Positions 56,196-64,000 of a stretch of 64,000 bases of DNA are shown here, in pieces. Where the stretch lies: positions 26,192 to 90,191 of the forward strand of contig JBAXXY010000001.1 of assembly GCA_037127655.1 (NCBI GenBank). Reading direction: 5' to 3'. The notes under the pieces were generated by a model. The model did no database searches, was not told the DNA's origin, and was given only the letters and a program-made list of their open reading frames with translations. The position numbers and the translations under genes are program-made. Each line of letters opens with the position of its first letter. Within the stretch, counting starts at the first letter, position 1. Source of the DNA: Lentisphaerota bacterium. Lineage in GTDB: Bacteria > Verrucomicrobiota > Lentisphaeria > Victivallales > GWF2-38-69.

Positions 56196-56909
56196 CTAAA
56201 CCAAAAACTCTTTTTGCATTTCAAATATTTCTCTGAGTCCTTTCTCAGCGATGTCTATCATTGAATCAAGCTGGGTTCTTGAGAAAGATTTGCCTTCTGC
56301 AGTTCCCTGAATTTCAATGATTTTACCGTCGACTCCCATAACGACATTCATATCAACTTCAGCGGACTTATCTTCCTCATAACAAAGGTCAAGAAGAACT
56401 TTATCCTCAACTATTCCCACGCTGACTGCCGCAATATTCTGAATAAAGGCATCTGGAGAAACTTTGCCTTCAGCGACTAGTTTGTTCAGTGCATTTTTGA
56501 GGGCAATCATCGCTCCTGTAATGCTTGCACACCTTGTCCCTCCGTCAGCGTCAATCACATCACAGTCAATATAAATCGTTACTCCGTCAATTTTTTCTAG
56601 ATCGCAGGCACCTCTTAAACTTCTTCCGATAAGCCTCTGTATTTCCTGTGTTCTTCCGCTCAAACCATTGCGCTCCCTCTTGACTCTGGTATGGGTAGAT
56701 GTCGGCAGAAGCTGATATTCTGAAGTTATCCAGCCGCCCTTCTTCTTTTCGTTTTTCATCCATTGCGGAACCTCGTAGGCAACTGTGGCAGAACATATCA
56801 CTCTCGTATTTCCCCATTCGATCAGTACCGAGGAATAAGCCTGTTTGAGGAAATCAGGAATAATTTTTATCTGCCTTAACTGATCTTCTTTTCTTCCATC
56901 TAATCTCAT
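56196..56909 (-). CDS. rph: Ribonuclease PH
   Basis: MRLDGRKEDQLR, GSVLIEWGNTRVIC-like block, GRTQEIQRLIGRSLR and DCDVIDADGGTR. Confidence 0.95.
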   Translation of the reverse strand: MRLDGRKEDQLRQIKIIPDFLKQAYSSVLIEWGNTRVICSATVAYEVPQWMKNEKKKGGWITSEYQLLPTSTHTRVKRERNGLSGRTQEIQRLIGRSLRGACDLEKIDGVTIYIDCDVIDADGGTRCASITGAMIALKNALNKLVAEGKVSPDAFIQNIAAVSVGIVEDKVLLDLCYEEDKSAEVDMNVVMGVDGKIIEIQGTAEGKSFSRTQLDSMIDIAEKGLREIFEMQKEFLV

Positions 56910-56946
56910 ATTTTTCTCTTTATCTTTAAATAAGTGAATTTAACGG

Positions 56947-57948
56947 TTATTTCATGTAGTCGTAGAAATAGTTAACTGATGGAAAACTATTATAAGTAAC
57001 ATTCCCGCCTGAAGGGGTTTTGTATTTATGAGTTTTTTCAGTTTGATCATCCTGTATCTGCCAATTGAAAACTCCAGCGGCGCTATTAGAAGTGGCAAAA
57101 GTTACAGCGCCTAAAAAGTCATGGCTATCAGGAGTGTCTTCGCATGTCCCAAAAGACATTTTATTTGCAGGCACATTAAAACTAGTCGTAAATTGATTGT
57201 AAAATGAACTGTATTGATCTGGTGATACATATGTTTGGAAGTTGACCATATCAAAGCAAGCCATATTGATTTGATTTAACATGCTTGTCTGATAAGGAGT
57301 TAATGAAAGAATATATTTGCCGGCAAAGGCGGATTTAAGCTGCTGGCATATTGTTGTAAAGTCAGTTTCTGATATTCCATTTACGCCCTCATAATCAATA
57401 TCGAAGCCGTCAAGGTCATTGTCTTCCATAAACTGCACTACACTGCTGACAAAGTGAGGATTACCTGAGTTCAAATCTGTAGATATATTCTGCCAGTCCT
57501 GCTGATTCCAACCTAAACTAATCAATACTTTGTTGCCCGGAGTTTTATGGGCTTCAGATGCAATTTTAAGGATTCTGTCATGGTCAGTATCTCCTGTAGC
57601 CGGAGGAACTCTTTTTCCATTCCAGACGCCGCGCGCATTTTCATAACAAAGAACGAAGGCATTTTTGTCAGTAGTGTAAGTACTAGGGTCAATTGCCGCA
57701 TAGGGGCTGGCATTAGGCGAGACACTTGGAGGTAGCTGGACGCCATCTCCCGGCATAGTGTGAGCAAAGGCAATGAATGTAGCATTTACTTTATCTAAGG
57801 GAACTTGGGTTACTGTCGGGTCCATCCATTCGTAATAAACTGGGTAGAATTGTCCTCTTACAGGATTGGGAATTTCTATGGCGCTGAGTCCGGCTGAAAG
57901 AAAGACCATAGATACAAAAGTTAAGATTCCTAATAATGATTTTTTCAT
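56947..57948 (-). CDS. Secreted GH18-like (chitinase-fold) protein
   Basis: Signal peptide. Catalytic-type motif LDGFDIDYEG (D-x-x-D-x-D-x-E) at nt ~57390-57420. Confidence 0.7.
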   Translation of the reverse strand: MKKSLLGILTFVSMVFLSAGLSAIEIPNPVRGQFYPVYYEWMDPTVTQVPLDKVNATFIAFAHTMPGDGVQLPPSVSPNASPYAAIDPSTYTTDKNAFVLCYENARGVWNGKRVPPATGDTDHDRILKIASEAHKTPGNKVLISLGWNQQDWQNISTDLNSGNPHFVSSVVQFMEDNDLDGFDIDYEGVNGISETDFTTICQQLKSAFAGKYILSLTPYQTSMLNQINMACFDMVNFQTYVSPDQYSSFYNQFTTSFNVPANKMSFGTCEDTPDSHDFLGAVTFATSNSAAGVFNWQIQDDQTEKTHKYKTPSGGNVTYNSFPSVNYFYDYMK

Positions 57949-58131
57949 ATTTTATCCTTATTTCAAAATTCTTATTTGCGTGCAATAAAGCGTGAGGCTT
58001 AATACTAGTGTAAGGATTGGAAAATTTCAATTTTCTTTCGAGTGCTTGTCCAATGATTGCAAACTCTAATTTTTCTGTTATCCTAAAACAATATAGTTAC
58101 CACATACCAACAAAATAGAGGAGAGCTAAAA

Positions 58132-58386
58132 ATGACGACAGCTATCATTTTAATCAATGTTCAAAGAGCCAAACTCAAAAGCGTAGCAGACAAAATCGCC
58201 GTAATTGAGGGAGTAACAGAAGTTCACACAGTCGCAGGTGAATTTGACCTTGTTGTCATGCTGAAGGTAAATGATGTAACTCAGCTATCTAAAATTCTAA
58301 CCGAAAAAATGACCGTAATTGAAGGCCTTACACACACAAGAACACTTGTGTCGCTTGAAGTTACTTCAAAGAAATGGTCTAACTAA
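58132..58386 (+). CDS. Stand-alone Lrp/AsnC-type RAM (ligand-binding) domain protein
   Basis: 84 aa. The pattern AIILINVQ...IAVIEGVTEVHTVAGEFDLVVMLKV...GLTHTRTLVSLE matches the RAM beta-alpha-beta-beta-alpha-beta fold. There is no HTH. Confidence 0.7.
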   Translation: MTTAIILINVQRAKLKSVADKIAVIEGVTEVHTVAGEFDLVVMLKVNDVTQLSKILTEKMTVIEGLTHTRTLVSLEVTSKKWSN

Positions 58387-58395
58387 AATTTAAGC

Positions 58396-58437
58396 AAAAA
58401 AAATCCCCTGATGGTTCATAACTGTCAGGGGATTTTT
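58396..58437. terminator. Bidirectional intrinsic terminator between convergent genes
   Basis: A8-tcccctga-(13-nt loop)-tcagggga-T5: a perfect 8-bp GC-rich stem extended by A:T pairs. Confidence 0.75.
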
Positions 58438-58455
58438 ATTTGCTTTTGAGGGAAC

Positions 58456-60114
58456 TTATTTGCTAAGCGCAGTAGGCAAAAGGTGTTTCATCGGGCTTTC
58501 ATCTATTTTATCAGCCAACCATCCGCCATCAGCGTATGTGGCAGGATAATTTCCAATACTCGTTGTAGTGCCGCCGCCCCATATAATTGCAAATATATTG
58601 GAATTTACGGCATCAGTTATATGTTCATTACTCCAGTTTTTAGTCAAGAAAGCACTGACTGTCTCTGAAGCTCGGGTCTTGTATTCGCCCGAAAGTTTAA
58701 GGTCAGCAACACTTGTCGGGATGGAAAATTCCGAATCTCCAAAGAAAAACTGAGGTTCTGTGGACATCTTACTTCGATCTGTCACATCAGATCCGAGATG
58801 TCCTCCGGGTATTTGGAAGAGAAGAGCAGGCTTATTAAGAGCGACTGTTGAATATTTTATAAATTCCAGATAATCCAGCCACTCCTCTTGATTCCAAAGC
58901 CAACCTCGGGCAAAATAATCTTCTCCATTAATCAAAGCAAAAGAATTTCTTTCGTACTTGTCAAAGGCGATGAAGTCTCCTGCCCAGTTCCCTGAATAAA
59001 CTTTCAAGTTATTCCATGTGTCGTACATCTGTGCGGCATAAGTTTTAATCTTGGCAAAATCAGCATTTGTATGAATCCATTGCGCGCCCTGAAGGTTTTT
59101 ACCGTAAGACACAGCCCAATTATTTCCAGACCATCCGAAAGTCGCTGACTCCTTGCCGGCATAAGCGCCATTTGCATCAAATTTTGTTTTCTCTTTGACC
59201 AGATAGTTAACAGCCTGGATATACCCTGTAAAGTCATTTGTGATTTCTGCAGGTATAGCCTGGCTCTGATAATCTGAATCTTTTATGGATGCCCAGCTGC
59301 TCTTCATTAATGCTTCAAACTGGTCTTTAAATCCTGTTGTGCTTTTGGAATCCCAATCAGGAATAGTGCCTTCATTGCCTATAACAGTTGAGCACATATC
59401 TTCTACAATAAAAATCGGAGTGAGGCTTTTGGTTTTCCAGGGAAGCTTAGATTTTTCACAGAAGTAAACGGCTTTCTGTAGAGCTTTTGTGACTTTAAGT
59501 TCAGTGCCAAGAGCATTTTTCACAAAGTCATTTGCATCAGTTGCAGTCCATGTATTGTTGTCTGTGAGAGCTTTTTGATTTGCTAAAAAATAAAGATTTT
59601 TTTGGAGTTCAGCCAGAAAGTCAGGATTTATAATCATCGAGGCTATAGGTTTCTCAGGGAATTTGCTATGCATGTAGCCAATGAGCTGGCAGTCAATAAT
59701 CAGATTGGCAAAATGTTTTGCCATATTGTCCTGTTCAAAATCACGAATCATCTTAGGAGTTGATTCACTCCAATTCGTTGTATAGAAAATAATTACAGGG
59801 ACGACATCTTTCTGCATATAGGCAAAATTGAGAGTAACAAAAGCAGAGGCAGGGAATTTTATTTTGAGTTCATCAGTCGCGCCATTAACTACCCAATCCG
59901 CCTGTCCTTCAGAGTAATTGCAGATCGCATTGATAGCATTCGGATAGTCTTTAATAGTGCCTTTTATATCATCCGAAACTGTTCCGTACGGTTTTGTCGA
60001 AAATGCGCCATTGGAAAACTGGTCAGGCCAGTTTGAGGGTTCAAAACCAGCGTTAAGGTTAATGACTGTACTTAGCAAAGAAACTGATATTATTCCCAGT
60101 ATTAGTTTTTCCAT
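58456..60114 (-). CDS. Secreted hypothetical protein (552 aa)
   Basis: Signal peptide LILGIISVSLLSTVINLNA. The W/Y/N-rich body suggests a carbohydrate-active or carbohydrate-binding protein, but I recognise no catalytic motif. Confidence 0.6.
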   Translation of the reverse strand: MEKLILGIISVSLLSTVINLNAGFEPSNWPDQFSNGAFSTKPYGTVSDDIKGTIKDYPNAINAICNYSEGQADWVVNGATDELKIKFPASAFVTLNFAYMQKDVVPVIIFYTTNWSESTPKMIRDFEQDNMAKHFANLIIDCQLIGYMHSKFPEKPIASMIINPDFLAELQKNLYFLANQKALTDNNTWTATDANDFVKNALGTELKVTKALQKAVYFCEKSKLPWKTKSLTPIFIVEDMCSTVIGNEGTIPDWDSKSTTGFKDQFEALMKSSWASIKDSDYQSQAIPAEITNDFTGYIQAVNYLVKEKTKFDANGAYAGKESATFGWSGNNWAVSYGKNLQGAQWIHTNADFAKIKTYAAQMYDTWNNLKVYSGNWAGDFIAFDKYERNSFALINGEDYFARGWLWNQEEWLDYLEFIKYSTVALNKPALLFQIPGGHLGSDVTDRSKMSTEPQFFFGDSEFSIPTSVADLKLSGEYKTRASETVSAFLTKNWSNEHITDAVNSNIFAIIWGGGTTTSIGNYPATYADGGWLADKIDESPMKHLLPTALSK

Positions 60115-60147
60115 ATTGCCCTCACTTTTATAAATTTAAGTTTGCTG

Positions 60148-60176
60148 AATTATAGAGCAATCCTTAATTTTTCGCA
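60148..60176 (-). promoter_or_regulatory. Candidate promoter of the 552-aa gene
   Basis: On the - strand: TTGCGA (60171-60176), 17-nt spacer, perfect TATAAT (60148-60153). RBS GAGGG precedes the ATG at 60114. Confidence 0.45.
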
Positions 60177-60181
60177 AGATG

Positions 60182-60190
60182 TGATATAAT
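60182..60190 (+). promoter_or_regulatory. Candidate extended -10 promoter of the sensor phosphatase gene
   Basis: TGaTATAAT (60182-60190), about 50 nt upstream of the ATG at 60242. The -35 is weak. It lies back-to-back with the divergent promoter. Confidence 0.4.
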
Positions 60191-60241
60191 CCTGCTCAGA
60201 AGCACAAGGCTGTTAATTAAAACATATTAAGAAGCTGAAAA

Positions 60242-62173
60242 ATGAGATTTAAAATAAAAGAAAGTTTAGCGCTGAAACTGAGTTTATATATCATTACTGC
60301 TGTAGTGATTATTTTTATATCTGTCTTGGTTTACAATTATCATATTTCCAAGCGAATCATCTTGGAAAGCAATGCTGAAAATATATATAACCTCGAGCAG
60401 TCCACTCTTAACGAAGTTGACAACATTCTTCTTCCTGTGCAAAAAGTCGCTGAAGGTCTTGGGCGAGTCATGGATAATGCTTCTCTTTCTGAGGCAGAAA
60501 TAAAAGATCTGCTGCTTGATGCTGTTAAAGACAACAAGGAAATCTATGGTTGTACTGTAGCCTTTGAACCTTATATGTTTGATGCAAAGAAAAAATATTT
60601 TGATCCTTACTGGTATAGGCCTGATGGAAGATTGACATATTCCAGCGGTGAGGAGAATGATGACTCTTATGATTATTTCAAATGGGAGTGGTACACCCAG
60701 CCTAAGAAAACAGGAAGAGGAGTTTGGAGCGAACCGTATTATGATGAAGATGGAGGCAATATCTGGATGGTCACCTATTCTTATCCCTTCTACAGAGATA
60801 TCAATGAAAAAGAAGAGTTTTTCGGGGTTGTTGCCTGTGATGTTTCTCTAGATTGGCTACAGGAACTTGTAAGTAAAATAAAAATATTTGAAAGCGGATA
60901 TGCATTTCTGCTGTCATCGCAGGGAGTTTTTATTTCTCATCCAAATAAAACATACTTTAAAAAGAGCGTCACATTTGCGGACCTAGCAGTGAAATATAAT
61001 GACCCGCAAGAGAAAAAAATCGGAGAAGCGATGACTTCAGGCAATAAAGGACGCATACAGTATTTTTCCCGTACTCTCCAAAAAACCGTGTTAAACTACT
61101 ATCAACCTTTAGAAACCACAGGATGGTCTTTGGGAATAGTCATATCTGAAGATGAGCTATACTCCAAACTTGATGCTACTACGCTTGAGCTTTTTATAAT
61201 CGGAATAATAGGCTACCTCATTACGCTTGCTATGATAATATTTTTATCTGCCAGGGCTACAATGCCGCTTCGAAGCCTGGCAAAGGCAACGCAAAAAATA
61301 GGTCAGGGTGATTTCAATACCGCGATTCCGAGAGTCACTTCGCATGACGAGATAGGGATGCTGAGCAGTTCCTTCATCAAAATGCAGGACAGTCTCATAG
61401 AGTATGTGACTAACCTCAAAAAAACTACTGCCGCCAAAGAGAAAATAGAAAGAGAACTGATAATTGCCAAAGAAATTCAGCAGAGTCTTCTTCCTCATAA
61501 TTTTCCGGCGAACAAAGAATTTGATATGTATGCAAAACTACTGCCGGCAAAGGAAGTCGCAGGAGATTTGTACGACTTTTTCTTCATTGATAGCGAAAGA
61601 TTATGCTTTGCCGTAGGCGATGTGTCTGGCAAAGGAGTCCCTGCAGCTCTCTTTATGGCAATAGCAAAGACGCTTTTAAGGTCAAAAACCAGCCTGACTT
61701 CAGATGTTGCCGAGGTTTTAAACTCAATGAATAAAGAACTCTCCAAAGAAAGCGAGACAGCTATGTTTGTCACTTTCTTTATGTCTATTTTGAATATCAG
61801 GACAGGTGTTCTGGAATATTGCAGCGCTGGACATAATCCTCCGCTCATCAAACAGGGCGACAAATTTAGATATCTGAATTCAGATGATCCTCTCCCTCCG
61901 CTTGGAGTAATAGAAGATATTCAATACAAAAGCGATAAACTTACACTACATAAAAATGATATATTTTGTTTATACACTGATGGAATAACTGAAGCCATGA
62001 GCAAGGACGATGTTCAGTTCACTGATGAAAAACTTCTTGAAATTTTTGAAGAATATAAGGATAAAACCGTAGTAAATATAGCAGACAATATTTTGTCATC
62101 AGTGGCATTCCACGCGTCAACTGCCGAGCAGTCCGATGACATCACTATATTAGTCCTTAAATACAACGGCTAG
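60242..62173 (+). CDS. Cache-HAMP-PP2C (SpoIIE/RsbU-type) sensor protein phosphatase
   Basis: TM1 LYIITAVVIIFISVLVY, a ~270-aa extracytoplasmic Cache-like region (WYTQPKK..WSEPYYD, GVVACDVSLDWL), TM2, and HAMP (PLRSLAKATQKIGQGDF...HDEIGML). PP2C motifs GDLYDFF, GDVSGKGVPAALFM, LYTDGITEA and DDITILVLKY. Confidence 0.85.
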   Translation: MRFKIKESLALKLSLYIITAVVIIFISVLVYNYHISKRIILESNAENIYNLEQSTLNEVDNILLPVQKVAEGLGRVMDNASLSEAEIKDLLLDAVKDNKEIYGCTVAFEPYMFDAKKKYFDPYWYRPDGRLTYSSGEENDDSYDYFKWEWYTQPKKTGRGVWSEPYYDEDGGNIWMVTYSYPFYRDINEKEEFFGVVACDVSLDWLQELVSKIKIFESGYAFLLSSQGVFISHPNKTYFKKSVTFADLAVKYNDPQEKKIGEAMTSGNKGRIQYFSRTLQKTVLNYYQPLETTGWSLGIVISEDELYSKLDATTLELFIIGIIGYLITLAMIIFLSARATMPLRSLAKATQKIGQGDFNTAIPRVTSHDEIGMLSSSFIKMQDSLIEYVTNLKKTTAAKEKIERELIIAKEIQQSLLPHNFPANKEFDMYAKLLPAKEVAGDLYDFFFIDSERLCFAVGDVSGKGVPAALFMAIAKTLLRSKTSLTSDVAEVLNSMNKELSKESETAMFVTFFMSILNIRTGVLEYCSAGHNPPLIKQGDKFRYLNSDDPLPPLGVIEDIQYKSDKLTLHKNDIFCLYTDGITEAMSKDDVQFTDEKLLEIFEEYKDKTVVNIADNILSSVAFHASTAEQSDDITILVLKYNG

Positions 62174-62186
62174 AGACCCTTCCAAT

Positions 62187-63683
62187 TTACTTTATATGCT
62201 TAAAGGAAAGGAAGTTGCGGCCGAGCAGACAGCGGCCAATGATAAATGAAGAGAGCATTGCGCCAATAACTCCCGGCATTAGCGCGCTTTGCCCGATAGC
62301 ATAAAAATTCCTGACCGGAAGTCGGCCGAATAAACTTTGTTCGCCTACTTTGTGCATGATACCGTATGCCGACCCAAGCGGCGGAATATAGTCCTCAAAT
62401 GTCAATGTGGACGATGTACTAAGAATATTTATTTTGCCGGTAAACTCCGGATAAACCTTTTCAATCTTTTTGATCATCGCTTTGGCGCGGGTCTCTTTGT
62501 ATTGTTGGTAGGAATCGTCAGCTTTCCTGCAAGCAGTATTTTTCCATCGGTTAGCTTCTTTGGGGAACTCATTTTCGAAGGCGCAAAGAACATTTACCTT
62601 ATCACTTCCGACGACTTCAACTCCGGTAAGAATAGCCATTGCGCACTCATCGGAGTCTGTACTGATAATCGCATTAAGATTGTCAGAAGTAAGATACGAA
62701 GTCAACGAGCATGGAACATCATGATCTAGCTGGATGGTCGCAAATAACGAAAAAAACGAAAAGCTTTCTTCGTATTTCTCTATTGCCTGACGGGTTGGTT
62801 CCGCTACAACATCCTCAGGCAGAATTGAAAGTATCTCTCGTGGATGGATTGATAGAATGCAGTTTTCGAAATGGCATGTCGCGCCGTTTGATAACTTCAC
62901 AGCGTTGATAGTCTTGCCACGCCTTTGAACAATGTCAGAAATTTCAGTATTGGTCATAATGTCAATATTCAATTCAGCGGCGCGGCGCTTGAAGGACTTG
63001 ATGAAAGCATCGCCTCCGCCGACAACCCTTGCCAAAGATTTACTCATACCTATCGCCGCACGGCAATGCACAGATAGCGGCGTCACATTAGGCGGACTGC
63101 CGTAACATAGAGCAAAACTACCTAGAACGGCCTGTAATTTGGTATTGGAAGTAATCGAATCAAGATATTCCTGGAGTGGGATAAAATCTTCATCAATCTG
63201 CCGCATCAAGATAAAGAGTTCTTCTGAGTTTAACTTATTCAGATCCATAAATGGAGTGCTTCTCTCAACGGCCTCTTCCATTTGCAAGCATTTGTCAATG
63301 ACTTCGCATTCATCGGGAAAGTGTTTTTTTAATTCCTTGGCGATTGCACCTAAACCCGATGGCATTTCATACATCGAATCGGAGTTTTCAAGGTAGATAC
63401 GGTTTCTCTTTGGGTCATCAAGAAATTCAGGACGGATATCATCTTCCATTCCAAGAACACGAAGCATATCCGAAAGCAAGCCGCCAAAACCGCCTGTGAA
63501 ATGGAAGCCGGTATCAAAAGGAATACCTTGGCATTTAAAACGGCGCATGCTTCCGCCAATAGTTGCCTGCTTCTCAATAAGTAAAACTTTGCGCCCTGCC
63601 ATTGCCAGCAACAAAGCCACCGACATTCCGCTGATGCCACTGCCTACGACCAAATCATCATATTTCAAATCCATCGTGTCCAT
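62187..63683 (-). CDS. FAD-dependent oxidoreductase (phytoene desaturase/CrtI-like family)
   Basis: N-terminal dinucleotide fold DDLVVGSGISGMSVALLLAMAGRKVLLIEK..GG. The length and the C-terminal GQSALMPGVIG are typical of the amine-oxidase/CrtI superfamily. Confidence 0.75.
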   Translation of the reverse strand: MDTMDLKYDDLVVGSGISGMSVALLLAMAGRKVLLIEKQATIGGSMRRFKCQGIPFDTGFHFTGGFGGLLSDMLRVLGMEDDIRPEFLDDPKRNRIYLENSDSMYEMPSGLGAIAKELKKHFPDECEVIDKCLQMEEAVERSTPFMDLNKLNSEELFILMRQIDEDFIPLQEYLDSITSNTKLQAVLGSFALCYGSPPNVTPLSVHCRAAIGMSKSLARVVGGGDAFIKSFKRRAAELNIDIMTNTEISDIVQRRGKTINAVKLSNGATCHFENCILSIHPREILSILPEDVVAEPTRQAIEKYEESFSFFSLFATIQLDHDVPCSLTSYLTSDNLNAIISTDSDECAMAILTGVEVVGSDKVNVLCAFENEFPKEANRWKNTACRKADDSYQQYKETRAKAMIKKIEKVYPEFTGKINILSTSSTLTFEDYIPPLGSAYGIMHKVGEQSLFGRLPVRNFYAIGQSALMPGVIGAMLSSFIIGRCLLGRNFLSFKHIK

Positions 63684-63686
63684 CGG

Positions 63687-64000
63687 TCAAATCACCAGTC
63701 CACCGTTGACAGCTATAACTTGTCCGTGGATATAAATATCCTCCTCGGCTGCAAGGAATCCGATAACTGAAGCGACTTCTTCAGCCTTGCCATAACGATT
63801 CAGCGGTATCATCGGAAGAATTTTGTCTTTGGGTAGTTTCGAAGTCATTTCAGTCTCAATCACACCGGGCGCTACTGCATTAACCAGGATGTTTTTTCTG
63901 CCAATTTCTCTGGCAAGAGCCTTCATCGCGCCAATCAATCCGGCTTTAGACGCAGAGTAGTTGACTTGTCCAGCCTGCCCAACCTGCCCTGAGGCTGATG
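63687..64000 (-). CDS. Short-chain dehydrogenase/reductase (FabG-like), N-terminus outside window
   Basis: The reading frame continues upstream of the track's TTG start. NYSASKAG (catalytic YxxxK) is encoded at ~63940-63965, then NILVNAVAPGVIETEM and the IHGQVIAVNGGLVI tail. Confidence 0.85.
   Translation of the reverse strand, partial: SASGQVGQAGQVNYSASKAGLIGAMKALAREIGRKNILVNAVAPGVIETEMTSKLPKDKILPMIPLNRYGKAEEVASVIGFLAAEEDIYIHGQVIAVNGGLVI

Noticed and set aside
58456-60114. GH18-like catalytic motif in the 552-aa protein (GDFIAFDKYE)
   Set aside because: The spacing and residues do not fit D-x-x-D-x-D-x-E: the central Asp is replaced and there is an extra residue. No glycoside hydrolase family is assigned.

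Overview
AT-rich bacterial chromosomal window (GC roughly in the high 30s % by eye). It is densely coding, with about 50 genes. I recognised no rRNA, tRNA, CRISPR array, transposase or integrase.

Left third (+ strand, 1-16.1 kb): an ABC module, an Hpt-domain protein, an orphan OppF-type ATPase and an unknown 475-aa gene. These are followed by a compact de novo purine operon, purM-purL-purQ-purCE-purDN-purF. Three of its genes are domain fusions: PurS-like+PurL, PAICS-like PurC+class II PurE, and PurD+PurN.

Middle: an M24 peptidase, UDP-glucuronate decarboxylase, an orphan sugar-binding protein, a LemA+M48 peptidase pair and Amt. Then comes a complete N-type ATPase operon, atpDCQRBEFAG (23.7-30.2 kb). 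It is followed by a Bro-N protein, a 1036-aa SNF2 helicase, MliC, murC, an EamA transporter, prmA and guaD.

Right: a 9.2-kb operon on the - strand (39.6-48.8 kb). It encodes a PilM-PilN fusion, two unknown bitopic proteins and two tandem TPR-secretins, with no pilin, ATPase or platform gene. This is my top candidate for a poorly described system. After it come mgtA, guaB, metW, metX, an rdgC-like gene, rph, a GH18-like protein, a stand-alone RAM-domain protein, an unknown 552-aa secreted protein, a Cache-HAMP-PP2C sensor phosphatase, an FAD oxidoreductase and a truncated SDR.

The lineage cannot be fixed from the sequence alone; the secretin-cluster architecture is reminiscent of PVC-group bacteria. 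All calls rest on motif recognition by eye, not on database searches. The ORF track uses alternative start codons (for example TTG), and I re-set several starts from RBS evidence.
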